The position numbers were made by a program, and so were the translations under genes. The notes under the pieces are model-generated. The model made no database searches, was not told the origin of the DNA, and saw nothing but the letters and a program-made list of their open reading frames with translations. Below are positions 12,446 through 25,620 of a stretch of DNA of 64,000 nucleotides, one piece after another. The DNA is from Squalus acanthias. Lineage: Eukaryota. Positions within the stretch are counted from its first letter, which is position 1. Each line of letters begins with the position of its first letter. Where the stretch lies: assembly GCA_030390025.1 (NCBI GenBank), contig CM059432.1, positions 58,344,001 to 58,408,000 of the forward strand. The letters run 5' to 3'.

Positions 12446-13389
12446 ATACTTAAGGGCCTGCTCCTCTGGGGCCCACAAAATAATTTGACACGTACCTTTG
12501 GTGGGCCTCTTTGGTTTTACCACCCATGGAACTGATCAGAGTGTGCAATGCGCAGGTTCTGACCAGTTGTGACCTAAAATGGCAATCGGAGTCCTATTTA
12601 AAACATAGGACCTCAATTTCCATATTAAAAGGGGCCTATCACCTGAAACACCCGTGGTAGGCCCCTTTCCGAATGGAACAGGCCGCATCACTGGTGTTAA
12701 TGGCCCAGTAAGGCTACCGACCCCATTTTGAGGCTGTTACCATGAAAGGATATTTACTAGTCCTAGCCCCTTTGGGGCTATCCCGGATCAGGCATATTTC
12801 TCAGACGTTCACTTTCAACTAAAGTTTGAGGTAGCCGAATCCTAAAGACGCTTAACTGGGTCTAAAGGTCTGGGCTATCTCTCCCTAAAGGAAAGGAACA
12901 ACCCGAGAATGTTACCATCCTCCAGATAGCGCTTTTAATAAGTTTAGCTAGACTGTAACGTCCCGGATATTATGAGGATCCGGAAAACTCCCCTCAGATA
13001 TGTAACTCTCCACCAAAGAGTGTAAAGAGATTGGGGTAGAAATTAGGTCGCACCCCATTTGGGGCGCAAATATTGTCCGAGCGCAAATATTAGCGCCTGG
13101 CGCTAATTATCGGCACTGACAGGAAACTTCACTTTTACCGCCCCGGGAGGTGAGTGGAGCGCTAAATTAGGCGCTGCACACCTCTCTTAAGGCGCAAAGG
13201 CCTAGGAGTGAGGCGCTACCTCAGCGCACGAGCGCAGCGCAGCTGCTGCCAGTTAGCGAGGGAACACAGACACACTGGCGCCGGACACTTCTTAAAGTGG
13301 GGGGGGCCACTTGCTCCCCAGCCACACCCTGCTCATTGCAGCCTTGAATCTCAGCCTGGAGAGACCTGTAATCCATTTTGCTGCCAAGC

Positions 13390-15212
13390 ATGGAGAGGGT
13401 GAGAGAACGCGCTCATCGCTTCACCGAGCGGGCCTTGGATGCTCTGGTTGACGCAGTGGAGCGCAGACGATGCATGCTGTTCCCGGAGAGTGGCAGGAGG
13501 CCTTTGCCACGCGAGTTCAGAAGAGTGTGGAGGGAGGTGGCTCAGAGCGTCTCCTCCAGGAGCATGGTGCCCAGGACCCATGTTCAGTGCCGCAAAAAGT
13601 TCAACGACCTCACTCGGGTCGTCAGGGTGAGTGGCTTTTTCTCAATACCTCTCCATCCCTCCATCTCAACCTCACTCTATGGCCAGAGGGTCTTAAAACC
13701 CCAATGCACAACACTCATGCAACACCTATGGCCCTTTCATCAAACACACACACACATTCCACACTTTGCATACAGTAAGGGCTATTCACCTATGGGAGGC
13801 ACATCAGGCAAGACCATGGCTGCATATTGTAAGGGCTATTCACCTATGGGAGGCACATCAGGCAAGACCATGGCTGTATATTTACTCAGATGCTGTCCTT
13901 TTTCTTGCAGGCTAAGCTGGCTCATAATCGGAGACAGCAGCAACGGACGGGTGGAGGGCGGCTTCAGCTGCAACCCCTCAGCGATCTGGAGGAGCGCGTC
14001 CACAGGATTGTGGCAAGCCGGGTGATCGGTCCCGTCGCCACTGGGGACGCCGACCCCGTTGTGGACAGCAATGGTAAGGTCATCACCTTTTTGTCCTCTG
14101 TCCTTCCACTTGTCCCTCACAATACCAGCCTTTGACACTTTCAATCCAACTTGCTAACTCGCTGCACTTATTCCTCCCTTACTGCCACCCTGTCCTCACG
14201 CTAAAGCCACTCTTGTACCTCCCTGCTTTCAGATGGTGATTCACCAGCTGAGGAGACGGGCCCTGAAGCTGCCACTGGGAGTGATGCTGCAGCTGAGGAG
14301 GAAGAGGAAGCCGGAGCATCAGTGCCACCCTCTCCCGAGGAAGCCCATGGCCACACTGGGAACACGCCTTCCCCGGAGGGGAGCAGGGGGGAAGGGGCTG
14401 ATGATGGTGAAGCTCCAGGACCCAGCGGGCTGCAGCAACGCCATGGGGGGGGGAGGGAAGAACGGGAGCCTTCTCCCCAGAGGGAGAGTATGCCAGACAC
14501 TCCTACTGCAATGGACGCAGAGGAGGAGCGGCTGATTGCAGAAATGAACAGCCAGGCGGTGGGCATGCACACTGAGCTCATGGGTGCAGTGGGAAGGGTG
14601 CCCGAATGCATTGAGGCACTGGCAAGGAGTGTGGAGCACTTCGCTGTAGCACAGGCGGATGCCACACTAAAGCTTAGTGCTGCAATTCAGTCACTGGCTG
14701 CCAGGAACCCATCTGAGACTGCTCTCATGCAGACTCAGATTGAGGCCACGCGAGCACTGACTGCTGCCATCCTCGATGGTTCGTGCACATGTCCCCGGGG
14801 CTGTCACCGCGCCGCAGCAGGCCAGCAATCTGTTCTCCGGCAAATTGCTCCGGATGCTGAAGTGCTGCCCCGTGGGAGTGCCAGTGTGTCGGGCGAGCAG
14901 GGAGTTGCTGTCCTCTCTCACGATGACAGCATTCCTGCTGCCAACACTGTCACTTCTCCACTGCACTTGCCACCGCCTGTAGGACAGACTGCTGCCGCCC
15001 ATGCAGAGTTGGTGCAGTCTGCAGCCGGGCCCTCCAGGCCCAGAAGTGGTCGAGGCCGTCCTTCAGGGACATCTGCAGTGTCAGGGTCTGACGAGCAGCA
15101 GCCTTCCACCAGCCTTGCTGCAGCCACTGAGGTCCCATTACGGAGGAGCAGTAGGGTTAGAAGGGGGGAAGTGCGCAAGGGAAGGAGATCACCCTCGAAG
15201 GGCAAAAAGTAG
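13390..15212 (+). CDS. Harbinger Myb/SANT-like DNA-binding protein, 3 exons (13390-13626, 13911-14073, 14233-15212), 459 aa, apparently intact
   Basis: GT-AG introns in phases 0 and 1; SANT motif RFTERALDALV..WREVA..QCRKKFNDL; same exon lengths (237, 163) in the copy at 41197. Confidence 0.88.
13768..13875. repeat. 54-bp tandem repeat x2 in Myb intron 1
   Basis: Unit gcatacagtaagggctattcacctatgggaggcacatcaggcaagaccatggct. Confidence 0.9.
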
Positions 15213-15506
15213 GAGGTGTGCCAAAATGCTGGTCATTTTTTTATTAAAGGCCGAGGTTCATGGTCCAACTTTTGTTTAGTGTTTTGGACATTATCTCCAG
15301 GTTGTGAGAACCAGTTATGTTATTGACTGTTTTTTTGTGGTTATTTCTATGAGTTTGTCATGAGGAATTGACACACACAGAGTTTGTAAAATAAATAAGT
15401 TTCTGTATTCAAAATATACATGGCTGGTGGTTGGAATTATTGGTGCCTTGGCCGGCTTAGGGGTTGCGTGCTGGGTTGATTAGTGTTTGTAGCAATGGCA
15501 GGGGCC

Positions 15507-16666
15507 CTAGAAGCGGCTTGCTATTAGTCGTTGACGGACGGCCCTTGCAGTTTGACCATTGTGGGCCGCCCTCCTGCCTTGGTGCTGCTGATGATCATCG
15601 TCCTCATCCTGTTCCTCCTCTTCCTCCTCCTCCTCTGGTGGTGCTACAAGGCCTGGTGGCATTGGCTGGGTCCTGAGGATTGCCATGTTGTGCAACATGC
15701 AGCACACAACTACGAAGTTCGAAACTTGCTCAGGCGAGTACTGCAGGGCTCCTCCGGAATGGTCCAGACAGCGGAACCGTTGTTTCAGCACGCCGATTGT
15801 GCGCTCAATAATGTTCCTGGTTGCTTGATGGCTTTCCTGGTACCGCAGCTCAGCAGGGGTGTTTGGCGTACGGAGCGGTGTCATCAGCCAGGTGCTCAAT
15901 GCGTACCCCTTGTCCCCCAGAAGCCAACCAACTGGCTGATGCGTGCCTCGAAAAGTTCTGCCACAGTAGTCTGGCGCAGGATGAAAGCATCGTGGCAGCT
16001 GCCCGGATAGTGGGCATTGACAGCGAGAATCACCTGTCTGTGGTCACAGACCAACTGCACATTCAAGGAATGGAACCCCTTTCTGTTCCTGAATTCCTCT
16101 GCATTCTCTCGCGGAGCACGCAAAGCCACATGCGTGCAGTCAATGGCGCCCTGCACCATGGGGAAGCCCGCTACCCTCGCAAAGCCCATAGCACGGTCAT
16201 GCTGCTTGTCTGGGGTCATAGGGAAAGAGATGAAGTCTCGTCTCCTTCTGAAGAGGGCATTGGTGACCTGCCGGATGCAGCGATGCACCGCAAACTGGGA
16301 GATATTGGCGAGGTCCCCAACAGCAGCTTGGAATGAGCCAGTGGCGTAGAAGTTCAAAGCCACTGTGACCTTCACTGCCACCGACAGAGACGTCCTGGAC
16401 CTCAGCTGAGGCTGCAGATCTGGCTGCAGCAGGTGGCAGAGCTCAGTGACCACCTCCTTGCTGAATCGCAGCCTTCGCAAACACAGCTCCTCGGACATAT
16501 GGATGTAGAAGAGCTGTTCACGATATACCCTGGGAGGGTAAGCTCTCCTGTACATGCGCCTGATGGCCCTCCTCCGTCTGGCCATCATTGCCACTCTCTG
16601 TCTGCGTCTCACTATCCTCCGATTCAGCTGGAGCAGGACGACGCCCCCAATCATTGCAGCCCCCAT
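15507..16666 (-). pseudogene. Harbinger DDE transposase with a single 1-bp deletion (~15943)
   Basis: GAIDCTH, HDAFI, GDKGY, IERTIG motifs; gcac-gcat versus gcaccgcat in the 62207 copy; restoring one base gives 386 aa. Confidence 0.93.
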
Positions 16667-16861
16667 ATTCTCTTTGCCAGAAAAGTAATGAGGTACAGCA
16701 ACTAAAGTAGCAACAAAGTTAGGATGAACTAGGCCAAACTACCTCACAAAACGTTGAGTCAATGTAGAAGTCTCTCTCTCTCTCTCTCCGAATCTCTCTC
16801 TCTCTCTCAGAACGAGTGGTGCATAAATGTCGACCACAGAAAAAGACAGGAAGAGGCCCCC

Positions 16862-17006
16862 TTTAAATAGCGCCCCCCCCAGCCCCACACCGATTGATAA
16901 CGTTCCAGTCTTCCGGTCGTTGGAAGCGCCAGGCGGTAAGGCAGGGGGCGCCACTCAATTTCTGCTCCGGGGCGCCCCAAGGGCGTTGCACCATGGAATG
17001 ACGTCA
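16862..17006 (-). promoter_or_regulatory. Putative transposase promoter: CRE palindrome (16999-17006) and TATTTAAA box (16862-16869)
   Basis: Same motifs at equivalent positions in the copies at 2078, 46516 and 61691. Confidence 0.5.
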
Positions 17007-17256
17007 CAATCTGCGCGCGCAGGTGGTCGCAGCGGTAAGTTTTAGCGCCGCCGCACAATCTCAAGTTAAGTTCTCGAGCGGCGCAAACAGCGCTGCGCCC
17101 GGGCGTTAGCGGCTTAACGCCCCATTAGCGCCCTCTTAAGGCGCTAACGGAGGCGCAACCAAGTGAATTTTTACCCCTTACTTTTAAATCTTAACTTCAC
17201 TACAGTATTGCAGTTCTTAAAGTTTTCTATACAGGATATCCATCAATATCAAATAC

Positions 17257-18514
17257 CTTTGATCCCCGAGGTACAAAGAGTGGAAGACCACAGAGCCGCC
17301 TCTGTAATCGAGAATCGCTTTGCCCAATTAAAGCGAATCTGCTATCTCATTTGAGACTTCAATATTTATACCCTTTTTCAGTTGTATTTCCTTTAAAGTT
17401 TCTGCTGATGCAAGTTAATTATCCCTATTCCTCTTTCTGCTGACCTCTGCAATTCTTTACTGCTACATCAGCTTGTAATATTCCAGAATCTTGTCTCATC
17501 TCCAGGTGTTCTGGGTTCACCATATAAAATGGTGTGAAGGGCAGGTGTCCCTTATTTATGTCATCTTTACAAGGGCAGATGTTCCTTCTCTTATGTGCCA
17601 TCTTTACGAAGTTTAAATTAAAACACCTTATCCAGGGTGGACCATTGTTTTTGTTCCCAAAAGTCAGCCTCTCGGAGCCATGCACCTTCTGTTTCAATAA
17701 GATTATTTATTCAGGATCAATAACTTGTCCTGTTTCAATAAGGCCAGAATTCTTTCATAAGATAGTGTATTTTTCTAAAAAGGCTATAGTATATTCCTTC
17801 ATAACCACCCCATTAATGCCAGACAAAGGCAGCAAAAATCGACCCCCTAGTTTCTTGTGATTTCCCTCAGTCTGCAGTCAGCACAAGCACAAGCTCCAGC
17901 CACCCGTATTCTGGCCTCTTACCTCACTTTTGAGGGAAAATCTCAACAGATGTTTTTAGGGGCAAGGATGCATCACAGTCTTATTTTCCTCTTTTCACTG
18001 CCCCAAAACTGCCGCAAACTGGGCAGTAAAATAGAGGAAAGTCCAGTACTAGAAGTCAGGAAGCCTTTAACAGTACTTTAAACAATTTGGACCATGAACC
18101 TTCATGAAAACATTTACATGAGAAATTAAGCCAAGAGAGTCCTTTGTTAGTCTTTAACCATATAGCAGTACAAAGAGAACACTTAAAAACAATACTATCA
18201 CTTTGGGCTAGGATCTTTCTCTTTCCACTTGATATTAAACAAGATAAAAAAGAACAAGTCAAAACTGTCAGTCAAAGTAGATTTCCAAAACATAAAGGTT
18301 GCCTGACAGGTTCCCTCATTCAATTTTTAATATCTATTGAACAAAGTAACATGACCACAATGGCATGTCTGCAATATTTGTTGAACAATCTAGATGAACA
18401 AAGGTCAGACAATGTCTCTTTGAAGCAGCATCTATGTAATAATCAAGGATGTGGATTTGCTTCCACTTGTGCTTTTTATGCCAAGCCTCTGAGACAATAG
18501 TTTTTCTGAGGAAC
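17257..18514 (-). pseudogene. Heavily decayed large exon(s) of host gene
   Basis: Acceptor ttctctgcag at 18515, donor gtattt at 17256; protein-like stretches (..GHLPFTPFYMVNPEHLE.., ..LGKAILDYRGGSVVFHSLYLGDQ) with stops and indels; internal limits uncertain. Confidence 0.4.
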
Positions 18515-18962
18515 CTGCAGAGAATCCATTTAAAAAAGACAAGGCATTAGATTAAGTTAAACAGTCATTTATAAATATACAATATGATCTGAAACTGGAC
18601 AATCTCTGATCTGTCCATTTCTTTTGAGGCCATATGTTCCAGTGAAAGTGTATTATAGAGAGGGAGCTTCATGCATTTCCTCTGTTAGCAGTTGGGCTAT
18701 GAAACAACATCTGCTGTAAGCCATCACAGCACTGCTGGCCAATCAAGTGCACCTTATCCAAAGTAAGGAAATATTCTCAACCAGAGATTGTTGCATTGCC
18801 ATGGCAGCTCTAACTAGACTGTTCAGCATTGAATTCTAATAGAAACTTTTTTTAACAAAACATTAAAATAAAAGGTAATTATTTAGTTTAAATAATTATT
18901 TTGAAATATAGTACTTCTGGACAATTGATACAAATTTTAGAATGATATCTGGAGGTACTTAC

Positions 18963-19463
18963 ATCTATCTTGTTTCACTTCTCTTATTTTCTTCTCCCAT
19001 GCAGTAAAATATGCTTGGCTAACATCTTGCACTCAGAGTTTGGCAGGGAGTCTCAAGAACATATTTGCAACGAGGAGGCAAGTACTTCCATTCAGTGTCA
19101 TCAAGTGATTTTATATCAGACCGTGTTGTAATGAGCTAGCAATGTGTTCAATGCACAGCATCCAGTTACATGGGGCCAGTTACACGAAATATAAAAGATA
19201 TTTGTTCTGCGGAAGCGTAAAGGTTCTTTGATCCTTCATAGATTTCTACCCTTCAGATCTGCCGGTGATAGTTAATGGGTATAATATTGACTGTGTTGCA
19301 GTGGTTTTGTGCATATTACAGCAGATGGGGAAACCTGTGTAGGATTTAGGGAAGTAATGACAGATATTTCATTGATAAAACAGCCACTGGGTAATTCCTC
19401 CAATCCACTACTTTGACCATTAGAGAGGCTTAGAGGAAAACCGTGAAGCCAAAACATTTTGTT
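18963..19463 (-). pseudogene. Heavily decayed putative exon of host gene
   Basis: Acceptor ctgtttag, donor gtaagt; first 63 codons open, then stops and frameshifts. Confidence 0.35.
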
Positions 19464-20019
19464 CTAAACAGATTACAAAGATAAATTTATACTTTTGATT
19501 TTATATGCAAGATCTTTAATATGACACTTCAATGAGTTTGCATATTTCCTCTGCTGAATCAAGTAGGTGGCATTTGAATCTTTATTGTAGCAAAGCTAAT
19601 AAAGTGCTGTACTAAAGAGAGATTTTGGATCTGTGTTAACAATTTGAACACTGAACATCTATTGCACTTGAATTCTAATATGCAATGTGTATAATGCAAT
19701 GGTTCTCTATTGATCTCGACGAATTCTATTGTTTTGTAGGGTGGAATTTTGGTGCAGGCTTGGTGGAGGAAGTGGAAGCAAAATGGAATTTGGAACAGAG
19801 GCGGGCTCTTCTGGGTTTCCACCATTTCAGAGAATCACTGGCAAATTCACCTTAACCAAGTACTGTGGGCACGAAATTGGGTTCGGTAGGGACACCCCGC
19901 GCCTGTTTTCGGGGGCTATCCAATTTAGTCCCCTCTGACTCTGCACCCTCACAATAAAGTATTTCCCATTCTCTTGTCTTAACCCTCCACTTGATAGAAT
20001 CTCTCGCTTTCCCCCTTTT

Positions 20020-20390
20020 CATAGAATCATAGAAAGTTACAGCACGGAAGGAGGCCATTTCGGCCCATCGTGTCCGCGCCGGCAAACAAAGAGCTATCCA
20101 GTCTAATCCCACTTCCCAGCTCTTGGTCCGTAGCCCTGCAGGTTAGAGCATCCCAAGTGCACATCCAAGTACTTTTTAAATGTGGTTAGGGTTCCTGCCT
20201 CTACCACCCTTTCAGGCAGTGAGTTCCAGACCCCCACAACCCTCTGGGTGAAGACATTTCCCCTCAAATCCCCTCTAAACCTTCCCCCAATTACTTTAAA
20301 TCTGTGTCCCCTGGTTTTTGACCCCTCTGCTAAGGAAAATAGGTCCTTTCTATCCACTTTATCTATGCCCCTCATAATTTTATACACCTC
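20020..20390 (-). mobile_element. CR1 LINE 3' end
   Basis: EVYKIMRGID..TRGHRFKV..FTQRVVGVWNSLP plus microsatellite tail. Confidence 0.9.
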
Positions 20391-21459
20391 ACCTTTTCCT
20401 GGTGAACCCCCTTTCCTCCACACAAAGTGTCTCTCTCGTTATTTTGTTTTCCCCTCAGAGCATCTCTCTCCTTCTCCCTTCCTGCTTCAAGAATCTCTCT
20501 CCGTTATCCTACGCCACATCATCTGTTTGTCTATCTCTCTCATCTTTGCATATTCTAGGCACAAAAATAAATAAAGTTTGTTCAGAAAGTTTGTTCACCA
20601 GTGAAGGCTACCTGTGCATGTATATAATGTGACTGTTCCTGATTATAGGAAGAAAAAGTGCTTAGTTTTGCACATGTATTGCAACCTCAAGTCAGTAGTG
20701 CCTTTGACATACTCCAGCATATGTGCATTTTATTTGAAGAAGCACAATCCTTTGTACAAGTGCTGTATCCCTGGGCATGCAGTGGCCTCTGGGAAATGTA
20801 GGGGCCAAGCCCTTCCTTCTCTGCATACTTGAAGTGTATTCCACCTAACATGTCCTCAACCTGTCTGTATTTCCAGGTTAGATCACTTATCCATAACAGA
20901 CACTCCCTCTGGTGCAGCCTGGAAATGGCTTGGACTTGTAAGTGTGGGAGGAAGGTCAGTCTTATATATTAGGAGTACATCCTCATAATAACTTATTGAT
21001 AAGCAGCCTCCACCAAACAACTGGCTTGGAGTTGCTGACGTATGCAAGTTTGCATGTCAGTGATTGTGCAACTGAATAAGATGAAATGTAAAGGCAGGAT
21101 GAGTGTTGTACCAACTTGAGCTGGACCGTGCCTCTCACCCCTCCACCTCCTGCATCCTCCTCCTCCTCCTCCTACTACTCCATGTCCCGGTCCTGAATTT
21201 GGAGCACCCACTGCGCGAGGTGTGAAAGGTTGCAAGGTTGCTGCTCCTCTTCCATTTGCAGGTGTCAACCTCCTGTTGTGCACTGCCTTCTCCTACAGAA
21301 GCAGAAACTTGCAATGATCATGTAACATTGGTGGCATGGAATCTTCCCCCCACTACCGTGTGTGTGAATGTGCTGTCCATAGGTGCTGTGGAGACAGAAA
21401 CGTGCAGCATACAGGTGCAAACCTTGGCGCTCTATTCAACTCTGAACTGAACTTTAAAT

Positions 21460-22380
21460 CCTCCCACATCCCATTCTTCGCCATGACTGCCTATTTCCAC
21501 CCCTGTGACACTGCTTGCCTTTGCTCCTATCTCAGTCCCTCCGTCGCTGAATCCCTTATTTTTGCTTTTGTCATCTTCAGACTTGATGGGCTCGATTTTG
21601 CCAGGCCCGAGGAGGCGGGAATGGAGGCATGTTGGGTGTTAAAATTGCAAAAAATGGCGGGCGGGCCTGACCCCGCCTCCGAGCAATTTTCCCAAATGCG
21701 TGGTTTCTGATCCCGTCTCCGTCCCGCCTCCAAGAGGTGGGATAGGCATTTAAGGCCCTTAACAACCACTTAATTGCCTCTATAATCCCATTTTGAGAGG
21801 CCTTTCTGATTTTAACACTTTTCCGACGTGATGCACGTCTCCTCTGAAACACGACGGTGAAACCTGGTGGTAGCACACTTGGATTGCTGACTATCAGCTG
21901 CAGGTCCACCATTAAGAAGGAGATTTGATCAATCATCATTCTGGGGGAACTTTTAGCAGTCATAACCATTGTTGTGGAAGTTTGGAGCCTGTAGTAGTAG
22001 TGGTGGTGGTGGTCAAAAAATCTGGGAGCAGACTTAGGTCTCCTGCTGCTCATTTTGCCTCCAGGTCCCTCTCACAGCAAAGGCCAAAAGCGTCCCAGTC
22101 TTTGCAGACCTTAAATGCAGCAGCAATGATGACATCATCAGAGGCAACTTTCAGACTGAAAACACTAATTGGGTCATGGGTTCCCACATGCTGGAACTCA
22201 ATTGCCCAATTAGGGGAAAATCGAATAATTCTCCCACATCCAATTGGAGTCGGGTGGCTAACACGAAAAGCGGATGACACGACCCCAGCCCGCCCCAATG
22301 ACAAAATTGAGCCCGATGGCTCCAATAATCTTGTTGGCATTTTCTCATCCTCCACCCTCAATAAACTTCAATTTGCAAGC
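21460..22380 (+). mobile_element. Old L2-like LINE remnant interrupted by a Harbinger element
   Basis: AESLIFAFVIFRLD|GSNNLVG resembles the L2 RT C-terminal LIHAFVTSRLDYSN motif. Confidence 0.5.
21588..22314. mobile_element. Non-autonomous Harbinger-like element (family F-related)
   Basis: TIR GGGCTCGATTTTGCCA / TGACAAAATTGAGCCC; GAT TSD. Confidence 0.8.
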
Positions 22381-22989
22381 TCCGACTAGAGGAACAAATT
22401 TAGGGTCCGGGTCTGAAATGAGTGCAGGGGCCTCATTTCAATATTGAAATGATGCCTGCGCTCATTTCAGGCAGTTGCCAAGGCCTCCAAAAAAAAGCCC
22501 CAACCAATTTAGCAGTGGCCCAAGCTCCTACACAGATCAGCCGTGGGCCTCTGCACTGCTAAATTGGTTATCGTTGAATCCATTTTAGGCCCATAAAACA
22601 GCTGTAGGAATGTTAAATTTAGACCCCACTGGGTTTAATTTTGGCATAATCACCAGAATGTCTATTGGTGTGTTTTAGACAGACTAAAGGCATCTCAACT
22701 CTTTTGCAGCCTTTTCCGAGGCTGAAAGGGCATACAATTAAGAGATAAGCAAAAATGAATGGAGCGGAACCCTAGGTGCAAGCATGACTCTGCAGATGAA
22801 TGACAACTGACCATTACTATCACTGCCCATGTCAGCTCTATGCTGCATGGTAGTCACAGGTGCTCTTGCAGCAGATAGTGCAAATCTGCATCTGCCTTTC
22901 TCTTGAGAAGACAGTTTCCCAGTGTCATTGCCATATGATGTGCAGGGCCCACAAAAATGATTGTTGACATCTTGGTGGGTGCAGGCAAT

Positions 22990-24338
22990 CACAGAATCAC
23001 AGAAACATAGAAATTTATGGCACAGAAGGAGGCCATTCGGCACATCATGTCTGTGCAGGTCGAAAAAGAGCTATCTAGCCTAATCCCACTTTCCAGCTCT
23101 TGGTCCGTAGCCTTGTAGATTACTGCACTTCAAGTGCATATCCAAGTACTTTTTAAATGTGATGAGGGTCTCTGCCTCTGCCACCCTTTCAGGCAGTGAG
23201 TTCCAGACCCCCACCACCCTCTGGGTGAAAAAAGTTCTCCTCAACTCCCCTCTAATCCTTCTATCAATTACTTGAAATCTATGTCCCCTGGTTATTGGCC
23301 TCCCTGCTAAGGGAAATAGGTGCTTCCTATCCACTCTATCTAGGCCCCTCAATTTTATACATCTCAATTAAATCTCCCTCAGCCTCCTCTGTTCCAAATA
23401 AAATAAACCCAGCCTATCCAATCTTTCCTCATAGCTAAAATTCTCCAGTCCTGGCAACATCCTCGCCAATATCCTCTGTACCCTCTATACTGCAGTCACA
23501 TCTTTCCAGTAATGTGATGACCAGAACTGTACGCAATACTCCAGCTGTGGCCTAACTAGTGTTTTATACAGTTCAAGCATAACCTCCCTGCTCTTCTATT
23601 CTATGCATCAGCTAATAAAGGAAAGTATCCCGTATGCCTTCTTAGCCACCTTATCTACCTGTCCTGCTACCTTCAAGGATCTGTGGACATACACTTGTGC
23701 ATTCTCTTGCCTTGTTAGCCCTCCCCAAATGCATTACCTCACACTTCTCCGAACTAAATTCCATTTGCCTCTTTTCTGCCCACCTGACCAGTCCATTGAT
23801 ATCTTCCTGCAGTCTACAGCTTTCTTCCTCACTATCAACCACATGGCAATTTTTGTGTCATCTGCAAACTTCTTAATCATGCCCCCTACATTGAAGTCTA
23901 AATCATTGATATATACCACAAAAAGCAAGGGACCTAGTACTGAGCCCTGCGGAACCCCACTGGAAACAGCCTTCCAGTCACAAAAACACCCTTCGACCAT
24001 TCCCCTTTGCTTCCTACCACTGAGCCAATTTTGGACCCAACTTGCCACTTTACCTTGGATCCCACGTCATGCCATGTGGGACCTTGTCAAAAGCCTTGCT
24101 AAAATCCATGTAGACTACATCAAACGCGCTATCCTCATCGACTCTCCGTGTTACCTCCTCAAAAATTCAATCAAGTTAGTCAGACACGACCTTCCTTTAA
24201 CAAATCCATGCTGACTGTCCTTGATTAATCCGTGCTTTTCTAAATTACAATTAATACTGTCCCTCAGAATTTTTTCCAATAATTTCCCAGCACCAAGGTT
24301 AGGCTGACTGGCCTGTAATTATTCTGTCTATCCCTTTC
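22990..24338 (-). mobile_element. CR1 LINE, 5'-truncated, with internal deletions
   Basis: GVPQGSVLGPLLF, KFADDTK, FFTQRVVGVWNSLP and 3' tail. Confidence 0.9.
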
Positions 24339-24789
24339 TTGCAGATTCAGATGGTGGCCCAAAAAATAGCAAACAGATGGTTAGATTTCAAGCAATGTTG
24401 GCTGTTCATCACCCTGGCCCTCCTTTCATGCAGTGTCATTGAAAACATGACATACTGTGATTGGAGTGTCTCTGAGGAAGCCACAAAACGCAAGGGGCCT
24501 AGTTCAGAGATGTGGAACCCCATTGGAAACAGCCTTCCAGTCACAAAAACACCCTTCGACCAGAGGAAGCATCCAACATTACACTTAGCCAGGCATTTAC
24601 TCATCTCTGTGATGCTTTGAGGGGACATGGCAAATCTTCCTTTGGGAAGAAAAGCCTTCACCAGCACTATGTCTGGAGGGAGTGGCTCCTAGGAGTCCAG
24701 GTCTAATCTCTGCATCTGTGGCTTCTGAGCTAACTGACAAAGTTCCTAACAGCAGAAGAACACCTTGGGTTTGAAATCTAACCATCTGT

Positions 24790-25225
24790 TTGCTATTCCT
24801 GGGCCGCCATCTGCATCTGCAAGAAAAGTGTACCATTAGCTTTGGCACAATGTAAGACTGCGTGCAAAAAGGGCAATGATTGTGTACAATGCTTGAAATG
24901 GTACCCCCCAAGGGGGGAGGTGAGAGTTCTGAACTTAAGTTTGTGCCATTCCTGATGGACCCAACAAAAGGTGTGTGCTAACCTGTGAAGCACACTTAGC
25001 TTTACCCTCCTTCTGATACCAGCAAACTCCTTTGTCATTTGCAGCCAGGTGCAAGAGTTCTGGGTAAGTGCATTGGCTTGATTGGCAACCTCATTCCATG
25101 CAGCTTGCACCTGTGCTTTTGCTGGAGGGTGGCCCTTAGCCCCAGAAAGTGCCACCCCTCCTTTGGTGTGCTTTCTGCAACATTTCCTGCAATTCTTCAG
25201 CATTGAAGAATAGTGTTGCCCCCAT
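24790..25225 (-). pseudogene. Decayed Harbinger Myb/SANT remnant (element limits unclear)
   Basis: QVQAAWNEVANQANALTQNSCTWLQMTKEF resembles SANT helices 2-3. Confidence 0.5.
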
Positions 25226-25499
25226 GTCTACACTGTTCCACCGTGAACTATTAGTCCACTTTTCTACCACACAACCTCCCAGTTAATGCAGAGCTACAGC
25301 CCTTGAAAGCCCCACCAAAGTTTACACTCCCCTGCCAAGTGCGCCAGTAGCCTATTCAAATCAGGGGGCATCGCAGAATTTGGCATGGCCTGCTCTTTGA
25401 GCTGCAGGTGAACATGTGACATGAGTCAGCTAAGACCCCATTTTTGCCATTTGTGCAAAATTGGGGCTCCTGTTCCATCTTGGAGGGAGGGGAAAATAC

Positions 25500-25620
25500 A
25501 AAGAGCAAGTTTCACTTCACAAAACATTCTTTCTGTTGTGGAATGAGATTAATGGCGGTGATGAAGCCTATGGTTGTCTCATTCTCCCAATTCAAGGAGA
25601 AAAGCAAGTTCATCAAGGTT
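25500..25620 (-). pseudogene. Possible exon of decayed host gene
   Basis: Strong acceptor tctttgcttccag; frame and donor uncertain. Confidence 0.3.

Larger units (their letters stand above)
13033..17177. mobile_element. Full-length PIF/Harbinger transposon (element A, 4145 bp)
   Basis: TIR GGGGTAGAAATT / AATTTTTACCCC; TTA on the right flank (left flank ATT, imperfect); convergent Myb and transposase genes. Confidence 0.95.

Noticed and set aside
12446..13032. Unexplained segment left of element A
   Set aside because: Probably repeat remnants, but no TIR/TSD pair or coding motif could be established
18144..18500. 118-aa plus-strand ORF
   Set aside because: TTG start, no recognisable motif; nearby splice signals favour the minus strand
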